A DNA stretch of 36,656 bases from Actinomycetota bacterium (GTDB lineage: Bacteria; Actinomycetota; Acidimicrobiia; Acidimicrobiales; Ilumatobacteraceae). Positions within the stretch are counted from its first letter, which is position 1. Every line of letters begins with the position of its first letter. Shown here piece by piece: positions 25,331 to 36,160 of this stretch. The notes under the pieces were generated by a model that did not search any database, was not told the DNA's origin, and was given only the letters and a program-made list of their open reading frames with translations. The stretch spans positions 1-36,656 of the forward strand of contig JBEAOI010000048.1 of the NCBI GenBank assembly GCA_041165005.1, given 5' to 3'. Position numbers and translations under genes: made by a program.

Positions 25331-26062
25331 GTGCCAAAGCCTAAAGACCTTCATGAATATGTCAGCTTCTCTGATCCGAATTCGGACCAGACATGGATGA
25401 TTGATGCCACATACCTCAAATCAAACTGGACCTGCATTTATGGGTCAGGATGCAAAGGTGTACTTGACGATGACGCAACCAAGCTGCAGCACGGTTGCTG
25501 CAGCTACGGTGCACACTTCATTGATAAGAAAGATCTCGCATCGGTAAAGAGATCAGTAGCTCGATTGAAGCCAGAGCATTGGCAAAACATGGAACGAGGC
25601 AAGAACGGTAAATGGCTGGGCAAAGAGCGCGATGGAGCCGATGTAACTCGCAAGGTAAATGGCGTGTGCATCTTTCACAACGATGCCTCATTTGAAGGTG
25701 GTCTCGGCTGCGCATTTCATATTGCAGCGCTTGAAGCCGGCGAGCGTCCTATGGACTGGAAGCCAGATGTTTGCTGGCAAGTACCTCTGCGACTCGAAGA
25801 GTTCACCGAAGATGACGGGCATGTTGTGTCATTCGTTCGCGAATGGAAACGTCGTGACTGGGGCGAAGGTGGCCATGATTTCCATTGGTGGTGCACAGAC
25901 GACTCAAAGGCATTCGTAGGCAAGAACCCCGTATACGAATACCTCAAGGATGAGTTGACAGAACTTGTAGGTCCAGCCATCTACAAAATGATTGTTGACA
26001 CCTTGTCGCGAGATAATTCGGTGCCAGTTGCGCACCCGAAGATGAAAAAAGCGAAGAGTTAG
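25331..26062 (+). CDS. Conserved Cys-rich hypothetical protein (putative Fe-S/Zn protein; second half resembles the YkgJ/CxxCxxCC-DUF3109-like fold)
   Basis: 243 aa. The Cys clusters are WTCIYGSGCKG, GCCSYGA, VCIFHND....GCAFH and KPDVCWQVPL. GTG start at 25331. The family assignment is tentative. Confidence 0.7.
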   Translation: MPKPKDLHEYVSFSDPNSDQTWMIDATYLKSNWTCIYGSGCKGVLDDDATKLQHGCCSYGAHFIDKKDLASVKRSVARLKPEHWQNMERGKNGKWLGKERDGADVTRKVNGVCIFHNDASFEGGLGCAFHIAALEAGERPMDWKPDVCWQVPLRLEEFTEDDGHVVSFVREWKRRDWGEGGHDFHWWCTDDSKAFVGKNPVYEYLKDELTELVGPAIYKMIVDTLSRDNSVPVAHPKMKKAKS

Positions 26063-27906
26063 TTACCCGATTTTTTCGAATACTTACGGCGATCCTCAAG
26101 CGTGAGATAACGCTTGCGGATACGAATGAAGCGTGGCGTAACTTCTACAAGTTCGTCGTCACCAATCCACTCAATTGCCGTTTCCAAAGTGTGGGTTACA
26201 GGGGTAGCCAACTTTGGACCATCGTCGTGGCTGTGCGTGCGGATGTTGGTCTTTTCTTTAGCGCGAACGGCATTAACGACCATTTCGTCTTCACGAGCGT
26301 TCTCGCCTACAACCATTCCCTCGTAGGTGTCGTCACCAGGTGAAACGAACAACGTTCCACGTAGTTGCAAGTTGTCAAGAGCATAAGCAGTTGTAGTTCC
26401 CATGCGATCAGCGACCATCGCACCACCCAAACGGTGCGGAAGCTCTCCACACCATGGCATCCAGCCTGCGAGGCTTTGGTGCAAGAGCGCAGTTCCGCGA
26501 GTAACGGTGAGCAGCAATGAACGGAAGCCAATGAGGCCGCGTGAAGGCGCTTCAAAGCTCACAATGGTGCGACCTGGGTCTCCTGGACGTAGATCGGTGA
26601 TGCGCCCCTTGCGAGGAGCAAGTGCCTGAGTGATTGCGCCCACGTATTCGTCTGGAACGTCACAAGTTCCTGCTTCAAGAGGCTCTTGACGCTTGCCATC
26701 AACCTCTTTGGTGATTACTTCAGGACGACTTACTTGCAATTCAAAACCCTCACGGCGCATGTTCTCAATCAGAACTGCAAGCTGCAACTCTCCGCGTCCA
26801 GCGACTTCCATGACTTCGGCAACTTCCGTATTGGAAATTTTGATGCTCACGTTTCCGAGAATTTCTTTATTCAAGCGATCGCGAAGGTGACGACTCGTGA
26901 GGTATTTTCCATCACGACCCGCATATGGCGATGTGTTGACTCCAAAGCTCATACGCAGTACTGGCTCGTCAACTTCAAGTCGAGGAAGTGCAACAGGATT
27001 GTCAACTGATGCAATAGTGTCGCCTACTTCAACTTCATCAATACCCGAAAGAATGAACAAGTCGCCAGCAACAATTTCGGTTGCATCAGAACGTTCAATA
27101 CCCGAAAACTGGAAAAGGCTGCTGAGCTTGCGCTTCAGAACTGGAGCAGCATTTGCTTCGGTTGGCTTCTGACAGACGGCTACGTTTTCGCCCTTACGCA
27201 AAACGCCTGAAATAACGCGACCAATCGCCAAACGTCCGAGGTAGTCGGAGGCGTCCAAGTTGGTCACCATTGCTTGCAATGGTGCATTTGCGTCATTCTT
27301 TGGAGCAGGAATGTGCTCAACAATTGCATCGAGCAAAGGACTCAAATCGGAATCCATTGCTGGCATGCCAAGACCCTTCATTGCGCGACTTTCGCGTGCA
27401 ACTGCGGAATACACAGGGAAAGAAAGGTGGTGATCGGCGTGGGCCAGGTCGAGGAACAACTGCTCAACTTCAAGCAGAACTTCTTCCTTGCGCTCATCTT
27501 GGCGGTCGACTTTGTTGATTACCAGAATCACCGGAAGATCGAGAGAAAGTGCCTTTGACAACACGTAACGCGTTTGCGGAAGTGGGCCTTCAGCGGCATC
27601 TACAAGCAACAAAATTCCGTCGACCAAAGCAAGTGCGCGTTCAACTTCGCCACCGAAGTCAGCGTGACCTGGAGTGTCTACCAAGTTGATCTTGGTGCCC
27701 TGCCACTCAATTTGAGCGGCCTTGGCCAAAATGGTGATTCCACGTTCGCGCTCTTGATCGTCGTTGTCCATGACTCGATCGACTACGGCAGAGTGTGCAG
27801 CAAAGGTTCCTGTACTGCGCAGCAGCGCATCTACAAGAGTCGTTTTGCCATGGTCTACGTGCGCCACTAAGGCGATATTGCGCAAATTACTTGATTGTTG
27901 TGTCAT
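26059..27906 (-). CDS. typA: Translational GTPase TypA/BipA
   Basis: 615 aa. The G-motifs are AHVDHGKTT, DTPGH and NKVD. It has EF-G-like domains and the BipA-specific C-terminal domain. Its stop overlaps the convergent upstream stop by 4 nt. Confidence 0.95.
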   Translation of the reverse strand: MTQQSSNLRNIALVAHVDHGKTTLVDALLRSTGTFAAHSAVVDRVMDNDDQERERGITILAKAAQIEWQGTKINLVDTPGHADFGGEVERALALVDGILLLVDAAEGPLPQTRYVLSKALSLDLPVILVINKVDRQDERKEEVLLEVEQLFLDLAHADHHLSFPVYSAVARESRAMKGLGMPAMDSDLSPLLDAIVEHIPAPKNDANAPLQAMVTNLDASDYLGRLAIGRVISGVLRKGENVAVCQKPTEANAAPVLKRKLSSLFQFSGIERSDATEIVAGDLFILSGIDEVEVGDTIASVDNPVALPRLEVDEPVLRMSFGVNTSPYAGRDGKYLTSRHLRDRLNKEILGNVSIKISNTEVAEVMEVAGRGELQLAVLIENMRREGFELQVSRPEVITKEVDGKRQEPLEAGTCDVPDEYVGAITQALAPRKGRITDLRPGDPGRTIVSFEAPSRGLIGFRSLLLTVTRGTALLHQSLAGWMPWCGELPHRLGGAMVADRMGTTTAYALDNLQLRGTLFVSPGDDTYEGMVVGENAREDEMVVNAVRAKEKTNIRTHSHDDGPKLATPVTHTLETAIEWIGDDELVEVTPRFIRIRKRYLTLEDRRKYSKKSGN

Positions 27907-27944
27907 TTGTTGGGGGTGATGTGAAAAAGCCGGGATTGGCTGAT

Positions 27945-28139
27945 TTAGATCTCTTCCTCTTCGCTTTCTTCGTCGTCTTCATCGAATCGCACTCCGTAGC
28001 GCTCCGCTATGGCTGCATACTCGTCTTCTTCGGTCTGCGGCGAACGCGAACGACCACCAAAACCCAAATCTTCGGCCGTAGGCCCTGATTGCTTCAATCT
28101 GCGCGCTTCTTCAAAGCGACGATGACGACCCTTCTTCAC
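27945..28139 (-). CDS. Hypothetical small charged protein (basic N-terminus, poly-acidic C-terminus)
   Basis: 64 aa. The GTG start is preceded by GGAG at an 8-nt spacing. It lies 38 nt upstream of typA on the same strand. No family was recognised with confidence. Confidence 0.5.
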   Translation of the reverse strand: MKKGRHRRFEEARRLKQSGPTAEDLGFGGRSRSPQTEEDEYAAIAERYGVRFDEDDEESEEEEI

Positions 28140-28148
28140 GGTAGGGGC

Positions 28149-28183
28149 TCCGAACTTTGCTCGGACGACTACCGCTTCGGTAG
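28149..28183 (-). promoter_or_regulatory. Two short adjacent hairpins in the putative 5' leader of the small ORF/typA unit
   Basis: TCCGA(28149-53)/TCGGA(28161-65) forms a 5-bp stem with a 7-nt loop, and its arm overlaps the GGAG Shine-Dalgarno on the minus strand. CTACCG(28169-74)/CGGTAG(28178-83) forms a 6-bp stem with a 3-nt loop. Both are short, so a chance origin is possible. Confidence 0.25.
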
Positions 28184-28242
28184 CCGCCTATTGAATAAAC
28201 ATCGCAGATGACTCTAGCCGTTGAAAAGGCTCAAAATGGGCA

Positions 28243-29385
28243 TTATTGCAAGGTTGTTGGCAAAAGTCGCAACCGACCGCGCCCATCAAAACTGAGTCCA
28301 GCCTCACCCGAGAGAATCTTTTCTATATCGCGTCCAACAATCTCCGCACGCCAGCCTGTGGATAACCGCGCGTTCGCAGACTTGCGCAACAGATCCATAA
28401 TGTCCTGGCGTGTGCCCAGCAAAGTTGCATCGACATGATGCTCTCGAGCGAGCTCTCCTATCCAGGCCGCAATCAGGCTCATTGCAGGACGAAACTCCTT
28501 ATCCACGTCGTCATGATCTGAATGAGGAATCTTTGCCTCCACATCGCGACCGCGCGTTACCGCATCGACAATTTCCTGCCCTACCTGACCACCGATTTGT
28601 CGGCTTTCAAGTCCACGAATGGACGATAAATCAGCAACAGTTCGCGGCATTGCATGAGCAATTCCGAGTAGAGCGATGTCGGAAAGCACACGTCGTGGAG
28701 GCATGTCATGCTGCATGGCCTTTCGCTCTCTCCACTCGGCGACAGATTGAGCAATGCCACGGGAAGCCGGTTTCAATGTGCGCACTTCTTTAATTCGTAG
28801 CCAAGCCTCAGATGGCTCCTGAGGTCCACTTGGGCGTGTTCGCAATTCTTCACATGCCTCTGCAGCCCACGATGCGCGACCCAATTCATCTAAACGCGCC
28901 ATGATGCTCTCATGCAGAACGAACAGATAATCCACATCACTTGCTGCATACTTTTGTTGATCTGCTGTTAGTGGTCTGCGCAACCAATCCGTCAGACGAT
29001 CACCTTTCGGCAGCGATATCTTCAGCTCATTTTGCACCAATGAAGCCAACGACGGTGTGGACATCCCAATAAAGCCAGCTGACAATTGAGTGTCGAATAT
29101 GTGACTCGGAACAGACCCGGATGCGTGCATGAGTACTTCAAGATCTTGTTGCGCCGCATGAATGATGCACAAGGAATTTGCGGCAAATAAACGGCCGAGT
29201 AACCGTGTATCAATTGCTAACGGATCTACTAGAGCAGTTACTTCCCCGACTCGAATTTGGAGCAAAGCGAGTTTTGGGTAATAGGTCTTCTCTCGATGAA
29301 ACTCGGTGTCAAGTGCGTATCGATCAGATTCAACCGCTCGATCAATGAGTGCGTTCAACGACGAATCGTCATCAATCCACATCAT
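28243..29385 (-). CDS. rnd: Ribonuclease D
   Basis: 380 aa. The DEDD 3'-5' exonuclease motifs are ALDTEFHRE, HAAQQDLE and YAASDV. These are followed by an HRDC-like region. Confidence 0.9.
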   Translation of the reverse strand: MMWIDDDSSLNALIDRAVESDRYALDTEFHREKTYYPKLALLQIRVGEVTALVDPLAIDTRLLGRLFAANSLCIIHAAQQDLEVLMHASGSVPSHIFDTQLSAGFIGMSTPSLASLVQNELKISLPKGDRLTDWLRRPLTADQQKYAASDVDYLFVLHESIMARLDELGRASWAAEACEELRTRPSGPQEPSEAWLRIKEVRTLKPASRGIAQSVAEWRERKAMQHDMPPRRVLSDIALLGIAHAMPRTVADLSSIRGLESRQIGGQVGQEIVDAVTRGRDVEAKIPHSDHDDVDKEFRPAMSLIAAWIGELAREHHVDATLLGTRQDIMDLLRKSANARLSTGWRAEIVGRDIEKILSGEAGLSFDGRGRLRLLPTTLQ

Positions 29386-29397
29386 GTACGAAGCGGC

Positions 29398-29712
29398 CTA
29401 TTCGCCAGTGACAACTGCATTGCCAGAAGCGATCCAGCCTGAGGTTCCACCTGCAATGTTCACAAGGTTGTGGATGTCATAATCTGCCAAATACTGACAT
29501 GCTCGCATGCTGCGTCCACCAGCCTGGCAAATTACATAAACCGTTCCTTCATGTCGAAATTCATCAATGCGATCTGGAAGGGTCGACAACGGAATTGAAA
29601 TGGCATTTGGGACATGACCAGACACAAACTCGTCGGACTCTCGAACGTCGATAACAACCGAGCCTGCGGCGACATGCGGTTCAAACTCTGCAATAGAAAT
29701 TTCAGCGATCAT
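29398..29712 (-). CDS. Single-domain rhodanese-like sulfurtransferase
   Basis: 104 aa. The active-site loop is CQAGGRS, within typical rhodanese context (VIDVRESDEFVSGHVPNAISIP). Confidence 0.85.
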   Translation of the reverse strand: MIAEISIAEFEPHVAAGSVVIDVRESDEFVSGHVPNAISIPLSTLPDRIDEFRHEGTVYVICQAGGRSMRACQYLADYDIHNLVNIAGGTSGWIASGNAVVTGE

Positions 29713-29722
29713 TCGTCACATC

Positions 29723-30283
29723 CTATTGTGCGTCAGACGGCGTATTGATATTTGTAAGTTGCAGGGCAGAAAAAAACTGATCAATGATGGGCAATCCAGT
29801 GACTGCCTTGTGAATCGCGCGTTCGCCCGATTCATAAGCGCTGATCATATGGTCCCGTGTAGTTGCAACATGCCAGCAGCTCAATAGCCAGTGACGTAAG
29901 TGTGGGCTAGTTGCATCAGCAGATACGACAACGCTGTGCGTATCTGACTTATCCACTAAGCATTGAAATTGTTCCGCCAAAAAATACGGAGTATCGCACG
30001 GTGCAAACACAACAAAATCGGACGTTGCGATTTCCAAAACATCGCATATGGCACCCAGAGGCCCATGCCCTTCCCGTTTACCTCCAACACGTGGAGAATG
30101 AGCGAAATCTGGATGATCTATTTCTGGCCCAACAAATGAGGTATTCCCCTGAATCGCCAAATTGAGGTTGTTGTACACCACCAAACCCATCGGCTTGCCG
30201 TCCACAAGGTGAAAGATTTTGTTACCACCGAATCGCGAACTCTGACCACCGCTAAAAACAAAACCCGAAACAGACCTCTTCAT
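29723..30283 (-). CDS. MobA-like NTP transferase (molybdenum cofactor guanylyltransferase family)
   Basis: 186 aa. The N-terminal motif is FVFSGGQSSRFGGNKIF. It also has a downstream FAPCDTPY (CD.P) motif. Confidence 0.75.
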   Translation of the reverse strand: MKRSVSGFVFSGGQSSRFGGNKIFHLVDGKPMGLVVYNNLNLAIQGNTSFVGPEIDHPDFAHSPRVGGKREGHGPLGAICDVLEIATSDFVVFAPCDTPYFLAEQFQCLVDKSDTHSVVVSADATSPHLRHWLLSCWHVATTRDHMISAYESGERAIHKAVTGLPIIDQFFSALQLTNINTPSDAQ

Positions 30284-30291
30284 CGAAACAA

Positions 30292-30720
30292 CTATGGCTT
30301 GCCGTTCGGATCACATTGCAAAAGAAACTGCGCACACCTTGTTGCTTCATCGGTTTCACCAATCAATGCAGCAGTGCGCGCTAGACCGTCTAAACAGTTG
30401 AGAAAGCCATGGTTAGAAGATGCAGACCATCGAACGTATCCACTGCCCTTCCAGCCGTTCTGTCGCAGGGAGTCGAGTCCGCGGTGATAGCCAACCCGAT
30501 ATGCCATGTAACTTTCGACCGTATCTCTGGCAACGTCACCGAGTGCCGCCCAAGCGGCCAGGTAACGCGGATGCTGTGCAACGACTCTGGCGACTGCGTC
30601 TCGCCGGTCGCGCTCAGGCGTATTCAGGGCTGCATCTAATGCGGCCTGCATCGAGATATCGACTTCAGGAAGCACAACATTTGGTGGGCCGGTACCAGAA
30701 ACATTTACCGATGAACTCAT
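30292..30720 (-). CDS. DUF3151 domain-containing protein
   Basis: HPRYLAAWAALGDVA...YMAYRVGYHRGLDSLRQNGWKGSGYVRW....NHGFLNCLDGL...IGE matches the DUF3151 pattern as I recall it. I chose the ATG at 30720 over 30750 to leave room for divergent promoters. Confidence 0.8.
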   Translation of the reverse strand: MSSSVNVSGTGPPNVVLPEVDISMQAALDAALNTPERDRRDAVARVVAQHPRYLAAWAALGDVARDTVESYMAYRVGYHRGLDSLRQNGWKGSGYVRWSASSNHGFLNCLDGLARTAALIGETDEATRCAQFLLQCDPNGKP

Positions 30721-30777
30721 GAACCAACCGTATACGAGATGTGGTTCCATGTCGTGTTTTACTGGCAGAATGTATGC

Positions 30778-31071
30778 ATGATTGCACTTTCATTCGATGC
30801 AGACAGTGTGAAGAATTACTCCCTCATGGCAATGGGTGGCTCATTCATCGGATTGCTGCTCGTGTTGAAGTTTGCAAAGTCAATTGTTTCAAAGTTGCTT
30901 CTGCTCATCGTGTGCGTTGGCATCGGAGTCTTAGCATTCACGCAGCGCGATGCAGTGAATGCGTGCATCGCAACTGCAAACGAGCAAACGCAGGCTGGTA
31001 CACCATTTGAAACCACGTGCACATTCTTCGGACAGACTGTTTCGTTGTCTGGGATAAGTCAGCAACCGTGA
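30778..31071 (+). CDS. Hypothetical small membrane protein (two TM segments)
   Basis: The hydrophobic stretches are GGSFIGLLLVL and LLLLIVCVGIGVLAF. Its stop overlaps the GTG start of the downstream aminopeptidase as GTGA. The start is ambiguous (30739, 30778 or 30826). Confidence 0.45.
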   Translation: MIALSFDADSVKNYSLMAMGGSFIGLLLVLKFAKSIVSKLLLLIVCVGIGVLAFTQRDAVNACIATANEQTQAGTPFETTCTFFGQTVSLSGISQQP

Positions 31072-32318
31072 TTACGGCTTTTTTAGAGCACATTGATGCA
31101 TGCCCTACAGCGCATCATGTTGTCGAGAGGGCTTCTTCCATTTTGGGTCAAAATGGAATCCACCAGGTCTCGCTAAATTCACCGTTCGCAATCTCAAGCC
31201 TAAGCAATGGTTTTGTTTCGTCGGGCGGAACAATCATTGCCTGGAAAAACGCGCAATCCATTGCTCAACAAGGAATTCGAATCGTTGGCGCGCATACCGA
31301 CTCGCCAGGATTGCATATCAAGCCGAATCCCGATACGCGAACGCTTAACTGGCATCAACTCCAAGTAGAGATCTACGGCGGACCACTCCTTAACTCATGG
31401 TTGGATCGCGATCTTGGCATCGCCGGTCATGTCGTGCTTCGAGATGGCAGTGTTTCTACCTTTTCGTCGCAACGTCCAGTTGCTCGTATCCCGCAACTTG
31501 CAATTCATCTTGATCGTGAAGTGAACGACAAAGGCCTCATTCTGAATCGTCACCAGCACCTCATGCCCATCTGGGCAACCACCGCCTCGTCTACTGCGTT
31601 CGAGACATGGCTTGCTCAGCAAGTCTCCGTTTCGGTTTCCCAGATTGCTTCCTGGTCTGCTCAGTTGGTTGACACACAGAATGCTCAAATTATTGGCCGA
31701 GATTCAGAGTTTGTCGCTTCGTCGCGAATTGATAACCAGATCTCGTGTTGGGCTGCGCTTTCGGCCCTACTCAACGCCGAATCGGACCAGCCAATGATGA
31801 TCGCACTATTCGATCATGAAGAAGTTGGTTCGCAGAGTTCGCAAGGCGCTGGTGGCCCAATCCTTGAGCATGTGCTTGAGCAGCTTTCACTAGCTGCCGG
31901 CACATCACGCTCTGAATATCTCGCGTCACTTCATAAGAGCCATTGTGTTTCGGCCGACAACGCGCATGCAGTGCACCCTAATTATGTAGACCGACATGAA
32001 CTTAATAACGCACCGTTTGTTAACGAAGGAGTGGTCATCAAGAACAATGTGAGTCAGCGTTATGCAACTTCACCTCAGTCGCTCTTACCTATTGTTCACG
32101 CAGCCGCTACAGCGGGTGTCAACTTGCAATCATTTTCGTCACGGAACAACATCGCATGTGGGTCAACAATTGGACCAATTACTGCAACTCGCATAGGCAT
32201 TGAGACTGTGGACATCGGTGTTCCCCAGCTGTCAATGCATTCAATTCGAGAAATGTGCGGAACAAAGGACCCCGTAGATCTCGTTGCGTTGCTCGGCGCA
32301 TACTTTTCGCGCGCGTAA
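31068..32318 (+). CDS. M18 family aminopeptidase (aspartyl aminopeptidase-like)
   Basis: About 416 aa. It has GAHTDSPGLHIKPNP, DHEEVGS, a HAVHPNY-type motif and a SMHS region, all typical of M18. I chose the GTG at 31068 for its GTGA coupling with the upstream ORF. Confidence 0.9.
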   Translation: MITAFLEHIDACPTAHHVVERASSILGQNGIHQVSLNSPFAISSLSNGFVSSGGTIIAWKNAQSIAQQGIRIVGAHTDSPGLHIKPNPDTRTLNWHQLQVEIYGGPLLNSWLDRDLGIAGHVVLRDGSVSTFSSQRPVARIPQLAIHLDREVNDKGLILNRHQHLMPIWATTASSTAFETWLAQQVSVSVSQIASWSAQLVDTQNAQIIGRDSEFVASSRIDNQISCWAALSALLNAESDQPMMIALFDHEEVGSQSSQGAGGPILEHVLEQLSLAAGTSRSEYLASLHKSHCVSADNAHAVHPNYVDRHELNNAPFVNEGVVIKNNVSQRYATSPQSLLPIVHAAATAGVNLQSFSSRNNIACGSTIGPITATRIGIETVDIGVPQLSMHSIREMCGTKDPVDLVALLGAYFSRA

Positions 32319-32324
32319 CACCAA

Positions 32325-32998
32325 TCAGCGAATCAATCGATTCGCTTCATCCAACAACTTTTGCAATTCAACTTGCAATTGAACCGTGAGTTCGGCGATC
32401 TGTTCTCGCGAAGCCCTACCACCACCTGGAACTTCTGCGGCGATTGGTTTACCGATAACCATTCGACATTTCTTGAATCGAATGGCCTTCGATCCAGAGC
32501 GCATCACATCTTCTGTTCCAGAAATGCCGGCTGGAACAATGGGAACTCCAGTTTTAAGGGCAACATATGCCGCGCCATCGAACAATGGTTGAACTTCAGG
32601 ACCGTAGTGTCGAGTGCCTTCGGGAAACATAACGAGCGGTTCACCACCTTGTAGAACAGCAATACAACGCTTCAGAGCTTCAAGATCTGCTGATCCACGA
32701 GTCACAGGAAAGGCGCCAAGTGCGGTCATGATTTTGCCAATTGGCTTGTACTTCCAAATGGAGTCTTTACCCATAAAGCGCATTCGTCTCCGTGTTGCAG
32801 CAGATGCAACCGGAATATCGATCGTCGATCGATGGGTCGGGGCAAATACAAACGCCCCGGACTTTGGCACATTCTCCAAACCAACGACACGAAGTCGCAA
32901 GTACGAACGGCAAATGAGGATAACTAGCGCACGAACACAGGCATACAAGACCTTTGACGACATCGATTGCCCGACGATACGTGAATCAACAGCCGCCA

Positions 32999-32999
<1 letters not shown>
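32325..32999 (-). CDS. plsC: 1-acyl-sn-glycerol-3-phosphate acyltransferase (PlsC family)
   Basis: It has the HxxxxD acyltransferase motif (APTHRSTIDIP), FPEGTR and a downstream VPIVP block. The GTG at 32999 overlaps the cmk stop by 1 nt. The ATG at 32963 is an alternative start. Confidence 0.85.
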
Positions 33000-35115
<2,116 letters not shown>

Positions 35116-35179
35116 CTAAAAACTAAACCTTGCATAACGACCGCTTTAGGCTACTCCGTATTTGTAGCCTCGTTATTAC

Positions 35180-36100
35180 ATGAGTTCGGTCATCTCAAGC
35201 CACAGTCCTGACGCAGTGAGCCAGGCGGTCAGCGTGTTGAATGCAGGCGGTCTGGTTGGCTTGCCAACAGAAACTGTCTATGGACTCGCGGCACGCGCAG
35301 ACTTGGATAACGCAGTCGAACATATTTTTCGCGCAAAGGGACGACCAGCGGGTCATCCTCTGATTTTGCATATTTCGGATAGCTCCGAACTCAACCGATA
35401 CGCAGCAAACATTCCAAATAGTGCATTACAGCTAGCCCAGCATTGTTGGCCAGGACCACTCACTTTATTGCTCGAAAAAACCAACGCCGTTTCACATCGT
35501 GTTACTGGCGGCAGAGAGACGGTTGCAATTCGAATTCCAGCGAACCTGTGTGCGAGAAAGATCATCGAGCAATGCGGAAATGCTGTTGCAGCGCCATCTG
35601 CGAATCTGTTTGGTCACGTCAGTCCAACTACTGCTCAACACGTACTCAATGATCTTGGCAACAGCATTGATTTGATCGTTGACGATGGAAGTTGCAGCAT
35701 CGGCGTTGAATCAACCATTGTTGATTTCACGACTGACCAACCGCAGTTGCTCCGACCTGGCGGTTTCCCCGCAGAGGATTTGGAGTCAATCATTGGACAA
35801 CAGATACTCATGCCTTCGGGAGAATCACGGGCATCCGGAATGCTTGCCTCCCATTACGCCCCACGCTGCAAGGTTGTTGTGGTGGAAACGATTGCTGAGG
35901 CAGAACTGGCATGTTCCGAGCATGCCAATGCCCGAATTCTCGACCATTGGGACAATGCCCCGTTGTATGCAGCCTCGCTCTATACGCAAATGCGCCAGGC
36001 TGACGCAGACGGGATAGCCGTGATTTTCGCTGTACTCCCCAATAAATCCGGGCTAGGCATGGCCATCCGTGACCGTCTGAGTAAGGCCTCATTCCTCTAG
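35180..36100 (+). CDS. L-threonylcarbamoyladenylate synthase (Sua5/YwlC/TsaC family, YrdC plus Sua5 C-terminal domains)
   Basis: 306 aa. It has GGLVGLPTETVYGLAA, KGRPAGHPLILH and APSANLFG motifs. Confidence 0.9.
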   Translation: MSSVISSHSPDAVSQAVSVLNAGGLVGLPTETVYGLAARADLDNAVEHIFRAKGRPAGHPLILHISDSSELNRYAANIPNSALQLAQHCWPGPLTLLLEKTNAVSHRVTGGRETVAIRIPANLCARKIIEQCGNAVAAPSANLFGHVSPTTAQHVLNDLGNSIDLIVDDGSCSIGVESTIVDFTTDQPQLLRPGGFPAEDLESIIGQQILMPSGESRASGMLASHYAPRCKVVVVETIAEAELACSEHANARILDHWDNAPLYAASLYTQMRQADADGIAVIFAVLPNKSGLGMAIRDRLSKASFL

Positions 36101-36160
36101 GCTGAATAGTCCAAACCCAGGGTGGCACCCGTCACCCGACTCCTAGGGGGAGAAAAATAC

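Noticed and set aside
27918-27944. AGCC/GGCT stem followed by TTTTT on the minus strand between the small ORF and typA, considered as an attenuator or terminator
   Set aside because: It has only a 4-bp stem. It would terminate transcription directly in front of typA, which has no room for its own promoter in the 38-nt spacer.
36101-36160. C-rich hairpin GGGTG(36119-23)...CACCC(36132-36) after the Sua5 gene, considered as a terminator or a 6C-type sRNA
   Set aside because: No U-tract follows it. The region is only 60 nt and immediately contains the RBS of the next gene. There is too little sequence for a two-stem 6C RNA.
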